Source of the DNA: Deltaproteobacteria bacterium
Lineage (GTDB): Bacteria; Myxococcota; Kuafuiibacteriia; Kuafuiibacteriales; Kuafuiibacteriaceae
DNA: 64,000 nt
Assembly: GCA_040218735.1 (NCBI GenBank)
Contig: JAVJQW010000038.1
Coordinates: 238,562-302,561, forward strand
Direction: 5' to 3'
Shown here piece after piece: positions 17,275-30,520 of this stretch (the first letter of the stretch is position 1; every line of letters begins with the position of its first letter). The position numbers and the translations under genes were made by a program. The notes beneath the pieces were generated by a model. The model saw only the letters and a program-made list of their open reading frames with translations. It searched no databases and was not told the origin of the DNA.

Positions 17275-18530
17275 TTGGTGAGCTCGTGCGCGACGCGCTC
17301 GGCGGAGACCGGTCCGCCCTCCAGCGTGCGCTCCACGACGCGATCCACCTCGTCCGGTGAAGCGCCCGCGGCGAGCGCGAGCTGGCGGGCGTGCAGCGCC
17401 ATGTGGCCGCGCTGGATCCCCTCGGCGGCGAGCGCCCGGAGCGCGGCGAGGTTCTGGGCGAGCCCGACCGACGCGAAGATCCCCGACAGGGTGCGGGCGC
17501 TCGAAACCCCCATCAGCTCGCGGAGGAGCTGGATCGAGGGGTGGCTACGGGTGATGCCGCCGACCGTGCCCACCGCGAGGGGGAGCTCGATGGAGCCCGC
17601 GAGGTGCTCGCCCTCGAGCGTCCACCGCGTCAGGCCGCGGTACTGGCCGTCCCGGGCCGCCCAGGCGTGGGCACCCGCTTCGATCGAGCGCCAGTCGTTG
17701 CCGGTCGCGATGGCGACGGCGTCGATCCCGTTCAGCAGGCCCTTGTTGTGCGTGGCCGCGCGGAAGGGATCGAGGCGCGCGAACCGATCCGCCTCGGCGA
17801 TCCGCTCCGCGACTTCGCGTCCGCCGACGGCTTCGACGGGGATCCGGGTCTGGGCGCGCGCGAGGCGGTGCGCGGCGAGGTTCGAGAGGATCCGCAGGTT
17901 CACCGGGAGGCCCGTCAGCTCCGTGACGACGGGTGCGGTGCTCTCGCAGACGTGGTTGACGACGTTCGCGCCCATCGCGTCCACGACGTCGATGACGACG
18001 TGCAGGATCACCATCGGCGGTCCGCCGTCGGGATCGGTGAGGCGCCGGATCTCGGTGCGGACCAGGCCTCCGCCGCGCGCGGCCATCGGGCGGCACGCGT
18101 CGGTGGCGGCGGCCTCGACGCGGTCGATGCCGGCGCGGAGGGCGTCTTCGGCGGATCGGGCCGAGGCGTCGTCGGGCGGACAGAGCTGCAGCTGTCCGAT
18201 CATGTGGGACGGGTCGCACGTCGCGGTGAAACCGCCGCCCGCGCGCGCCATCTTGGCGGCGTTGGAGAAGGCGGCGACGACCGAGGGCTCTTCGACGGCC
18301 ATCGGGACCAGGTAGTCGGTGCCGTTGACCTTGAGGTTGAGGCCGATCCCCAGGGGCAGGGAGAGCACGCCGACCACGTTTTCGATGAGCTTGTCGGCGA
18401 GGGCGAGCGCGAGGGCGTCGGGATCCAGGGCGCCGAAATCGTCCACCGGCCGGCCGAGCAGCTCGGCCAGGACCGACCGGCGTTTCTCGACGGGCCACTT
18501 GTAGAAGCCCGGAAGGCGCGAGTCGGTCAT
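17256..18530 (-). CDS. mvaA: Hydroxymethylglutaryl-CoA reductase, class II
   Basis: ENVVG, EEPSVVAA, DAMGAN, RAATHNKG, EGIQRGHMALH. Confidence 0.95.
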   Translation of the reverse strand: MTDSRLPGFYKWPVEKRRSVLAELLGRPVDDFGALDPDALALALADKLIENVVGVLSLPLGIGLNLKVNGTDYLVPMAVEEPSVVAAFSNAAKMARAGGGFTATCDPSHMIGQLQLCPPDDASARSAEDALRAGIDRVEAAATDACRPMAARGGGLVRTEIRRLTDPDGGPPMVILHVVIDVVDAMGANVVNHVCESTAPVVTELTGLPVNLRILSNLAAHRLARAQTRIPVEAVGGREVAERIAEADRFARLDPFRAATHNKGLLNGIDAVAIATGNDWRSIEAGAHAWAARDGQYRGLTRWTLEGEHLAGSIELPLAVGTVGGITRSHPSIQLLRELMGVSSARTLSGIFASVGLAQNLAALRALAAEGIQRGHMALHARQLALAAGASPDEVDRVVERTLEGGPVSAERVAHELTKCRGES

Positions 18531-18645
18531 CCGGCGACCCGTGTAGTGGAGGCATCCGGCGAGGGTCAACCAGCGGCTACATCATCGCGAAAACCAAGGT
18601 GCGTTCCGGCTTGACGCGGATGTCACCCCCTTCTAGAGAGCCCCC

Positions 18646-21600
18646 GTGGCGAAGAAGAAGACGCGCTTGGAAGAGGAGTCGTACCGACTCTGGTTCTTCA
18701 TCATCGGCCAGCTCCTGATGCTCTCCATGGTCTGGCTGGTCTACCAGGAGTTCTTCAGCCGGCGGCCCTGGAAGGACGTGCAGCTGGGTTGGTTCCAGGT
18801 GGAGAAGGCGCGGGCCAACAAGAACCTCGAAGCCGAGCAGAAGTTCCTGAAGTCCGGCACCCTCACGGTGAAGGACGAGGACGGCGAGGAAGAGGAGATC
18901 GACGTCGGCGAGCGCGTTGCGACCCTGCAAAAGGAGATCGCGGAGCTCGAAGGCGCGATCGTCGACAGCCCGAAGTACGTCGAGTTCACGCGGCTCAAGC
19001 AGGAGCTGGCGGAGGCGGAGATCGTCGTGAAGGACGAGGAGATGCGGCTCGCGTTCTCCAAGGCCGACGAGGACGAGTACTACTACTACTACCGCCACGC
19101 AAAACACGCGGGTCATGACGACCACATCGCGGAGGCGGAGGCCGAGTACGAAGCGCGCCACAAGATCGTCCTCGAGAAGAGCGCCATCTACGACGCGGCG
19201 ACGGCGAAGCGCGACGCGATCCTCGACAAGGTCGCGGCCTTCCAGACCGAGCTGAACGCGAAGAAGGCCGAGCTGGCGAAGTTCGAGAGCGGCCTCGCGG
19301 CGGCGCAGCGGACCGTCGACTCGACCAAGGAGCAGTGGACGTCGATCGAGCAGTTCTGGAACCAGGAGATCGACCTCGTCGATCGCTGCCACACCTGCCA
19401 CGTCGGCTGGAACAAGTGCGGCTACGCGCACCCCGAAGAGATCCTGAACGCCGTGCTCTACGAGGGGCAGAAGGCGGCGGACATCCGCAAGTTCTATTGC
19501 GTCACGCGCACCGAGGCGGAGGCGTACATGGAGGCGGCCGAAGAGATCCGCGACTCCTGGTACGAGGACGAAAAGCTCACGTTCGAGGACGTGAAGGACA
19601 AGCTGTACACGGCAGGCGCGCCCGAGGACGCGGCGGAGAAGGTCACCGAGCCGGTCCTCGCGACGGCGATGAACCTCGGCGTCAAGCAGTCCGACGCGGA
19701 CGTCTTGTACCGCACGCACCCGGACTACTGGGGCCTGATGACGAAGCACCCGGTGCAGACCTACGGCTGCACGACCTGCCACTACGGGCAGGGGCGTCAG
19801 ACGAAGGGCGTCGCGCTGAACTACCTCGCGGCGTACCTGTGGGACGGCGCGCGTCACCTCGCGCCGTTCGACCACGCGACGAGCGACCACTACTGGATCG
19901 AGCAGATCCTCGACAACGACCGCAACCACACGGAGGCGTCGTGTTTCAACTGCCACGAGAAGGACTACGAGCTCGACTTCGCGCCGAACCTCACGGAGGG
20001 CCGCAAGCTCGTCCAACACCTCGGCTGCACCGGTTGCCACCCGCTGGGTGAGCTCGATCCGGAGCGCAACCACGGACCGCCGCTGACCGCGGTGAAGTCG
20101 AAGATCGACGTCGCGTGGATGAACGCGTGGATCCAGAACCCGCACCAGATCCGCTCGCGTACGCGGATGCCGAACTTCTGGCCGACCGCGGTCGACAAGG
20201 AAGGCAAGCGGGACGCGTCGCGGAACGACTGCAACGCGTTCGACTACGCCAAGGGCGGTCCGCCGGCGCCGGCCGTGTGGATGAACTGCGCGGACCAGCG
20301 CGACGAGGAGTCGGGCTACATCATGGCGTACCTCCTCGATCAGTCGGAGGAGCCGACGATGCCGACGATGCCCGCCTCCGCCGACGCGGCGAAGGGCCAG
20401 GAGATCGTCGAGAAGGTGGGTTGCCGCGGCTGCCACAACCTCGACGAGTGGACCCAGGCGTCGCACATGCCGGGCAGCGAGGCGCGTGACCTCGCGCCGA
20501 ACCTCACGGAGATCGGCGACAAGCTGAAGAACCCGGGCTGGATCTACCAGTGGGTCAAGAACCCGAAGGGCTGGTGGAAGCACACGCGGATGCCGAGCCT
20601 CCGTCTGACGGACGAGGAGGCGTGGAACGTCGCGGCGTACCTGTCGGGCAAGTCGGCGAAGAGCTACCAGCTGCCGGCGCGCACGCAGGCGGCGATGGAC
20701 AAGGACGACGCCGCGGAGCGCGGCAAGAAGCTGATCGGTTACTACGGTTGCTTCGGCTGCCACGACATCAAGGGCTTCGAAGGCCAGTCGCGGATCGGTG
20801 CGGACCTGACGCTGTTCGGTTCGAAGCTGCCGCACAAACTCGACTTCGGCGACGTCGAGGAGCTGATCTCCGATCCGCACAACCAGACGTGGGAGGCGTG
20901 GCTGCGTCAGAAGCTGGCGGCGCCGCGTTCGTACACCTACGAGCGTGCGACGACGCGCATGCCGAAGTTCCAGCTCACGGACCGGGAGATCGACCAGATC
21001 GTGCTGTTCCTCAAGAGCCAGAACGAAATGGACAAGGACTACCCGGAGCACGTGAAGCACATGCAGGACGAGCGTGACGTGGCGATCCAGCGCGGCGAGT
21101 ACCTGCTGGACGCGTACAACTGCTCGGGCTGCCACCTGATCGACAAGCAGGGCATCGACGTCGACGGCGACCACAAGATGGACGGCGGCGACATCTTCCG
21201 GCTCTACGCGGGGACGGACGACCAGTACCGCGCGCCGCCGAAGCTCATCCGCGAGGGTGCGAAGGTCTACCCGGACTGGTTCTACAAGTTCCTCAAGGAG
21301 CCCTTCAAGCTGCGCGAGAACTACGAGATCCGGATGCCGACGTTCCAGTTCGACGACGAGACGGCGCAACAGATCGTCGCGTACTTCGCGGCGAAGGCGA
21401 ACACCGGCTACCCGTACGTCGAGAAGAAGGTCGACGTGTTGTCGGCGGCGGATCGTGCGACGGCCGACAAACTCTTCAACGAGGCGCAGTGCCTGAACTG
21501 CCACACCCTCGGCGGCGACCCGCCGACGGATCCGAAGAACGTCGCGCCGAACCTGACGCTGACCTACGAGCGCCTGCAGTACGACTGGCTGTTCCACTGG

Positions 21601-21834
21601 TTCAAGAACCCGCAGGAGCAGCAGCCGGGCGTCGGCATGCCGAACTTCTTCATCCCGGTCGACGACGAGCCGGGGGTCTACGAGACGCCGCTGACGGACA
21701 TCGCGGACGGGGACTGGCGCCGCCAGATCGAGCTGCTCCGCGCGTACGTCATCGAGCTCGGGTACAAGAAGAAGATGGGCGAGGCCGAGTCGGCCGAGTC
21801 CAAGCCGAAGAAGAAGAAGAAGCGTCGCGGATAA
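18646..21834 (+). CDS. Membrane-anchored octaheme c-type cytochrome
   Basis: N-terminal TM, coiled coil, eight CxxCH motifs (CHTCH, CTTCH, CFNCH, CTGCH, CRGCH, CFGCH, CSGCH, CLNCH) and repeated (R)MP.F distal-Met motifs. Confidence 0.92.
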   Translation: MAKKKTRLEEESYRLWFFIIGQLLMLSMVWLVYQEFFSRRPWKDVQLGWFQVEKARANKNLEAEQKFLKSGTLTVKDEDGEEEEIDVGERVATLQKEIAELEGAIVDSPKYVEFTRLKQELAEAEIVVKDEEMRLAFSKADEDEYYYYYRHAKHAGHDDHIAEAEAEYEARHKIVLEKSAIYDAATAKRDAILDKVAAFQTELNAKKAELAKFESGLAAAQRTVDSTKEQWTSIEQFWNQEIDLVDRCHTCHVGWNKCGYAHPEEILNAVLYEGQKAADIRKFYCVTRTEAEAYMEAAEEIRDSWYEDEKLTFEDVKDKLYTAGAPEDAAEKVTEPVLATAMNLGVKQSDADVLYRTHPDYWGLMTKHPVQTYGCTTCHYGQGRQTKGVALNYLAAYLWDGARHLAPFDHATSDHYWIEQILDNDRNHTEASCFNCHEKDYELDFAPNLTEGRKLVQHLGCTGCHPLGELDPERNHGPPLTAVKSKIDVAWMNAWIQNPHQIRSRTRMPNFWPTAVDKEGKRDASRNDCNAFDYAKGGPPAPAVWMNCADQRDEESGYIMAYLLDQSEEPTMPTMPASADAAKGQEIVEKVGCRGCHNLDEWTQASHMPGSEARDLAPNLTEIGDKLKNPGWIYQWVKNPKGWWKHTRMPSLRLTDEEAWNVAAYLSGKSAKSYQLPARTQAAMDKDDAAERGKKLIGYYGCFGCHDIKGFEGQSRIGADLTLFGSKLPHKLDFGDVEELISDPHNQTWEAWLRQKLAAPRSYTYERATTRMPKFQLTDREIDQIVLFLKSQNEMDKDYPEHVKHMQDERDVAIQRGEYLLDAYNCSGCHLIDKQGIDVDGDHKMDGGDIFRLYAGTDDQYRAPPKLIREGAKVYPDWFYKFLKEPFKLRENYEIRMPTFQFDDETAQQIVAYFAAKANTGYPYVEKKVDVLSAADRATADKLFNEAQCLNCHTLGGDPPTDPKNVAPNLTLTYERLQYDWLFHWFKNPQEQQPGVGMPNFFIPVDDEPGVYETPLTDIADGDWRRQIELLRAYVIELGYKKKMGEAESAESKPKKKKKRRG

Positions 21835-21838
21835 CACC

Positions 21839-22390
21839 TTGCCCCTCCTCGGGCTGCTTGCGGCGATGACGGTCACCACTACGGTGACCGTCGAGACCCC
21901 CGAAGGTGTGCGCCCCGCGGTGCACGCCGTCCTCTACCAAGTCGAACCCAAACCCGCGGCCGCGCCGCGGGAGCGCACCCCTCCGCTCGAGCTGCGCTGC
22001 ACGCCGCGTGGTGTGGAGCCGGAGGTGTCCGTGCTCGTGGGGTCACGGCGCGTGGTCGTGCTCAACGACCGCGCGGCGTTGACGCACGTGCGGATCGAGC
22101 AGGCGTCGGGGTTGGTGTTGCTGACGGCGACGTTGGTGTCGCGCGGCCAGCGGACGCCGCAAGTCAGGCTTCGCCCGGGCCGCGTACGAATCACGTGTCG
22201 GGTCGAGGGGGCGTCTGCGGACGGCTTCGTCCTGGCGCTCCCGCACACGCGGTACGCCGTGAGCGACGAGGCCGGCGCGGTGCGCTTCGAGGCCGACGAG
22301 GGATCGCGGTGGCGGGCGTGGCACCCGCGGCTCGGCCGGATCGACTACACCCAGACGGCCTCGGCGTCGCTGTCCCGGCCGACGTTCTGA
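21839..22390 (+). CDS. Secreted hypothetical protein, degenerate cupredoxin/carboxypeptidase-regulatory-like
   Basis: Hydrophobic N-terminus; YAVSDEAG and AWHPRLG resemble that family; directly follows the cytochrome gene. Confidence 0.5.
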   Translation: MPLLGLLAAMTVTTTVTVETPEGVRPAVHAVLYQVEPKPAAAPRERTPPLELRCTPRGVEPEVSVLVGSRRVVVLNDRAALTHVRIEQASGLVLLTATLVSRGQRTPQVRLRPGRVRITCRVEGASADGFVLALPHTRYAVSDEAGAVRFEADEGSRWRAWHPRLGRIDYTQTASASLSRPTF

Positions 22391-22418
22391 GACCATCTGC
22401 GGTATCGTCGCGTGCGTC

Positions 22419-26168
<3,750 letters not shown>

Positions 26169-26199
26169 TGGTGCGGGGCTCGTAGCGCCGTTGCGGTGA

Positions 26200-26261
26200 G
26201 GGCTGGGGCTCGGGCTGGGGCTCGGGCAAGGGGGCGTTGAGTCGACCGGAGGGCCTTGCCC
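26200..26261. repeat. Short (GGGCTS)n hexamer array with inverted repeat, between convergent genes
   Basis: GGGCTG GGGCTC GGGCTG GGGCTC GGGCAA; GGGCAAGG 26224-26231 pairs with CCTTGCCC 26254-26261. Confidence 0.7.
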
Positions 26262-26267
26262 CGGTTG

Positions 26268-27569
26268 TTAGATCGCCGGTTGTTCGCAGGGGCCGATGAC
26301 GCCGGTGGGATCGATCGGGCCGCCCGCCTGGTCCGCGGTCGACGAGGTGTTGGTGCGCAGGATGCCCTGGTCCCACCCCGCCGGGATGACGCCGTTCTGC
26401 GCGCGGGCGCCGATCGCCATCGCGGGGGCGGTGATCTCGACGTTGCTGAAGGTCGTCGCCGGGAGCGTCTGGCCCGCGACGTCGATTAGGAGTCCGGCGC
26501 GTCCGCTGTTGGTGATCGTGATGTCCTCGTACGACGAGCCCGGCGTGGGGCCGACGATCTGGATCCCGTCGCCGAACGGCACCGCGGTGGTCTCGAGCAC
26601 GAGCTGAATGAGCTGCGTGTCGCGCACCTCGAGGTCGTGCAGCGCGAGGCTCGCGGAGTCGAGCGCGACCACCGCGCCGCTGCCGTTGCCGACGAGGCTC
26701 CCGCTCACCTCCAGCGCGTCCGCCGACTGCGCCCACACCGCCGGTTTGTCGTTGTTGATCGCGGTGAGGCCGAGGTGCGCGGCGAGCGGCCGGGTCCCCG
26801 CCGCGCCCGCGTGCACCAAACCGAAGCCCTCGTTCTCCTGCACGCTCAACCCCAGGGTGTCGACGGTGACCTGACCGTCGAAGTACGCGGCGTATCCGTG
26901 CGGGAGCGCCGGCGGCGCGCAGGTTCGGTCGAGCGCGATGTCCTCGAGCATCACCGTCCCGGCCTGAGCGAACACGCCGACGTTCATGTTGTTGTTTGCG
27001 TCACCGCCCGTCCACGTCACCGCGGAGTTGAACGCCGCCACGCCCGCGACCGAGAAGCGCTGCACCGTCACGTTCGTGAGCTGCGCGTCGGCGACGTCCG
27101 TGATGCGGAGCCCGTGGGTCGCGCCGGTCGTCGCGCCGCCGCACACGGCGCTCCCGACGATCTCGACGTCCACGAGGGACGCCGTCGCGACCTGGTCGAG
27201 CTGCACGCCGATGCCCGCGTCGACCTCGACTTCGACATCTTCGATCTGCACGCTCCCCGTGCCGGCGCTCTCGATCGCGACGCCGTCAAAGAGACGCACG
27301 CGGACGTTCTGTAGGCGCGCCGGCGACCCGCCCGACTGCAGGACGATCGGGCCATCCGAAGGCCCGATCTCCACCACGCTCGCCTTGCTGACACCGACCA
27401 GCGCGACGCCGGGCGGGATGGTGACGCCGCCGAACATCGTGCACTCGGGGAGGGTGACCGTGCCACCCGTTGCGTTGGCGAGCGCGTCCGCGATCGTGTC
27501 GCGGTCGCAGGGATCGCCGGAGCATCCGACGAGCGCGACGATCGAGCTGACGACGGCGAGCCTTCGCAC
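26268..27569 (-). CDS. Right-handed parallel beta-helix lipoprotein
   Basis: VRRLAVVSSIVALVGC lipobox; repeated L.DV.V/GL.I beta-helix rungs. Confidence 0.75.
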   Translation of the reverse strand: MRRLAVVSSIVALVGCSGDPCDRDTIADALANATGGTVTLPECTMFGGVTIPPGVALVGVSKASVVEIGPSDGPIVLQSGGSPARLQNVRVRLFDGVAIESAGTGSVQIEDVEVEVDAGIGVQLDQVATASLVDVEIVGSAVCGGATTGATHGLRITDVADAQLTNVTVQRFSVAGVAAFNSAVTWTGGDANNNMNVGVFAQAGTVMLEDIALDRTCAPPALPHGYAAYFDGQVTVDTLGLSVQENEGFGLVHAGAAGTRPLAAHLGLTAINNDKPAVWAQSADALEVSGSLVGNGSGAVVALDSASLALHDLEVRDTQLIQLVLETTAVPFGDGIQIVGPTPGSSYEDITITNSGRAGLLIDVAGQTLPATTFSNVEITAPAMAIGARAQNGVIPAGWDQGILRTNTSSTADQAGGPIDPTGVIGPCEQPAI

Positions 27570-27722
27570 GCCGGGGAGCTTGCCACACCGACGTCGTGCC
27601 TGGGGACGCGGAAGCGGCGCGTCGCCGCGCTCACGACCCGAATGAAATTCGCCGGACCGAGCGGAGCCCCGCACTGAAGCTCCCGCTGGCCAAAGGCTGC
27701 GCCGAAGGAAATGCGTTGAGGC

Positions 27723-28235
27723 CTACGGGATCGAGGGCGCCAGGCTGTAGTCCTTCGACGAGCCGCTGTGGCACCCCTCGCACGTCGGGTGGGCCACGCC
27801 GAAGAAGTCGTAGTCCGCCGGGTCGTCGCTCTTGCCGATGACCTCGTACCAGGTCCACGTGTCCTTGCCCGCGCCGTCGCCGGTCTTGATCGACGCGGCG
27901 TACCCGTCGAGGTCGGTGCCGTCGTACAGCTCCTTCACCGACATCGCCCCCAACGGCATGGGGAAGGTCCCGGCGTTGAAGGCCTCGGCGTACTTGTCGT
28001 TGTAGTAGACGCGCACGTCGCCGTGCGGCCCCGTCGACTCGTGGATCGCCGGCTCCTTGCGCCAGTCGAGGTAGGTCCCGCCGAAGACGAAGTTGGCGGT
28101 CGCGATCGCGGTCGAGACGTCGGCCGTGCTCCCGTCGTTCCCGACCGGGACCGCGGTGGCGTCGGGGTTGCCGCCCGTATCGCTCGTGCCGCACGCGGCG
28201 CAGACCAGGACCATCAGCAGGCTGATTCGTCGCAT
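27723..28235 (-). CDS. Cytochrome P460 family lipoprotein
   Basis: Lipobox VCAAC; GAMSVKELY, WTWYE and C-terminal CEGCH...KDY pattern of the P460/c'-beta fold. Confidence 0.75.
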   Translation of the reverse strand: MRRISLLMVLVCAACGTSDTGGNPDATAVPVGNDGSTADVSTAIATANFVFGGTYLDWRKEPAIHESTGPHGDVRVYYNDKYAEAFNAGTFPMPLGAMSVKELYDGTDLDGYAASIKTGDGAGKDTWTWYEVIGKSDDPADYDFFGVAHPTCEGCHSGSSKDYSLAPSIP

Positions 28236-28317
28236 CGGTCCGGACCATCCCGCGCCTGTCGTGGTCGGGCAACCCGGCGGCCCGCGATCGCCGCGGATGC
28301 GCTATGCTCGCGCGCCC

Positions 28318-30450
28318 ATGAGCGCGCGGGAGAACGGAAAGGCCCCGGAGACCGGTACCGGCCGGTTCGTGAACCGCGAGCTGTCGTTCCTCGAGTTCAA
28401 CCGACGCATCCTCGACGAGGCCGCGGACGCGTCCGTGCCGCTCCTGGAGCGTCTCAAGTTCGTCTCGATCGTCAGCGCGAACCTCGACGAGTTCTTCATG
28501 GTGCGCGTCGCCGGCCTCAAGCAGCAGCTCAAGAGCGGCGTGCTCGAAGCGGGCCCCGACGGGATGCTCCCGTCGGAGCAGCTCTACGCGATCCGACAGC
28601 GCGTCGCGACGCAGATCGAAGCGCAAGAGAGCTTGCTCCTCCAAGAGCTCCTCCCGCGCCTCGCCGAGGAGAAGATCCACATCCTCTCCCGCAACGACAT
28701 CCCGGACGACATCCGCGCGTCGCTGCGCCCGTACTTCGACACGCAGGTCTTCGGGATGCTGACGCCGATGGCCGTCGACCCGGGTCACCCGTTTCCGTTC
28801 CTCAAGAACCGCACGCTCAACCTCGCGGTGCACCTCCTCCCCGCGAGCAGCCCCGGCGACGCGGTGCCGCTCACCGCGGTCATCCAGGTGCCGACGCTGT
28901 TGCCGCGCTTCGTGGAGGTCGGCATCCCGGGCGACCTCGCGGTGGCGTTCGTCGAGGACGTCATCACGCTGCACGTCGACACGCTGTTCCCGGGGATGCG
29001 GATCCTGGAGTGCGCACCGTTCCGGGTGATTCGGAACTGGGACCTCTCGTTCGACGAAGACGAGCAGGAGGATCTCCTCGACACCGTGCAAAAGGAGCTG
29101 CGCAAGCGGTGGCGCCTCGACGCCGTGCGCCTCGAGGTCAGCGACGTCGCGAGCCCCGCGCTCGTCGAGCGTCTGCAGACCTCGCTGTCCCTCGAAGAAG
29201 CCGACGTGCAGCGTCACCGTGGACCCCTCGCGCTCGCGGATCTGCGCGGACTCCTCGAACGTGTCGGGCGCTCCGATCTCCGCGACTCGCTCTTCCAGCC
29301 GGTCACGCCGCCGGACTTCCGTGACTCCGAGAACGTCTTCGCGCCGATCGCGCGCGGCGACATCCTGGTGCACCACCCCTACGAGTCGTACGAGCCGGTC
29401 CTCGACCTCCTCGAGCAGGCGGCCACCGACCCGAGTGTCCTCGCGATCAAACAGACGCTCTACCGCATGAACCGCGACTCGCCGCTGCTCGCGTCGCTGG
29501 TGCGCGCCGCCGAGAAGGGCAAGCAGGTCACCGCGCTCGTCGAGCTCAAGGCGCGCTTCGACGAGGAAGTGAACGTCGAGTGGGCGCGTCAGCTCGAAGC
29601 CGCCGGCGTACACGTCGTCTACGGGATGATCGGGCTGAAGACCCACTGCAAGGTCACACTCGTCGTCCGCCGGGAGCCGTCCGGGCTCGAGAGCTACGTG
29701 CACCTCGGCACCGGCAACTACAACGAGGAGACCGCGGCCATCTACTCGGACCTGTCGTTCTTCACCTCGCGCCGCGACGTGTGTGAGGACATCGCGACGC
29801 TCTTCAACCTCCTCACCGGTTATTCGGCGCCGCCGAAGTGGAACAAACTCGTCGTCGCGCCGCTCGGTTTGCGCAAACGTGTGCTCGACCTGATCGAGAC
29901 CGCGCGACAGTCCGCCAAGAAGGGCAAGCCGGCGAAGATCATCATCAAGACGAACGCACTCGTCGATCGTCAGACGATCGATGCGCTGTGCAACGCGGCC
30001 AACGACGGCGTGCAAGTCACCTTGCTCGTGCGTGGACCGTGCGGCTTGAACGTCGGGGCGCCGGGCGTCAGCGACCGCATCGAGGTGCGGATGTTGATCG
30101 ACCGCTTCCTCGAGCACTCGCGCGTCCTCTACTTCACCGACGGCGACCGCGAGCGTGTCTACGTCACGAGCACGGACATCATGCCCCGCAACTTCGACCG
30201 GCGCGTGGAGGTCATGATCCCCATCGAGGACCAGCGCCTGAAGCGCCGCATCGTGGACGAGATCCTCGCGCTGGAGCTCGCCGACAACACCAAGACCTCC
30301 GTCCTCGCGCCGGACGGGCGCTACGTCCGCGTGGCCCCCGGCGACGAGCGGCCCCTGCGGGCCCAGGCGGAGCTCATCCAGCGCGCGCGCCGCCGCGCCC
30401 GGGCCCACGACCAGGGCAAGGCGAAGAAACGCAAGAAGCGGGCGAAATAG
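28318..30450 (+). CDS. ppk1: Polyphosphate kinase 1
   Basis: NRELSFLEFN, NLDEFFMVRVA, HHPYES, ELKARFDEE, KTHCK, GTGNYN, RFLEHSR. Confidence 0.97.
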   Translation: MSARENGKAPETGTGRFVNRELSFLEFNRRILDEAADASVPLLERLKFVSIVSANLDEFFMVRVAGLKQQLKSGVLEAGPDGMLPSEQLYAIRQRVATQIEAQESLLLQELLPRLAEEKIHILSRNDIPDDIRASLRPYFDTQVFGMLTPMAVDPGHPFPFLKNRTLNLAVHLLPASSPGDAVPLTAVIQVPTLLPRFVEVGIPGDLAVAFVEDVITLHVDTLFPGMRILECAPFRVIRNWDLSFDEDEQEDLLDTVQKELRKRWRLDAVRLEVSDVASPALVERLQTSLSLEEADVQRHRGPLALADLRGLLERVGRSDLRDSLFQPVTPPDFRDSENVFAPIARGDILVHHPYESYEPVLDLLEQAATDPSVLAIKQTLYRMNRDSPLLASLVRAAEKGKQVTALVELKARFDEEVNVEWARQLEAAGVHVVYGMIGLKTHCKVTLVVRREPSGLESYVHLGTGNYNEETAAIYSDLSFFTSRRDVCEDIATLFNLLTGYSAPPKWNKLVVAPLGLRKRVLDLIETARQSAKKGKPAKIIIKTNALVDRQTIDALCNAANDGVQVTLLVRGPCGLNVGAPGVSDRIEVRMLIDRFLEHSRVLYFTDGDRERVYVTSTDIMPRNFDRRVEVMIPIEDQRLKRRIVDEILALELADNTKTSVLAPDGRYVRVAPGDERPLRAQAELIQRARRRARAHDQGKAKKRKKRAK

Positions 30451-30520
30451 GCCTCCGCGGGGCTCCTGGCGGTCATCAGGGGCGTTGACTCGCTCTTCGA
30501 GGGGTCTTAGAAGCCGCGAG

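Noticed and set aside
16327-18530. Mevalonate genes as unusual or horizontally acquired
   Set aside because: The mevalonate pathway is established in myxobacteria and codon usage matches the host
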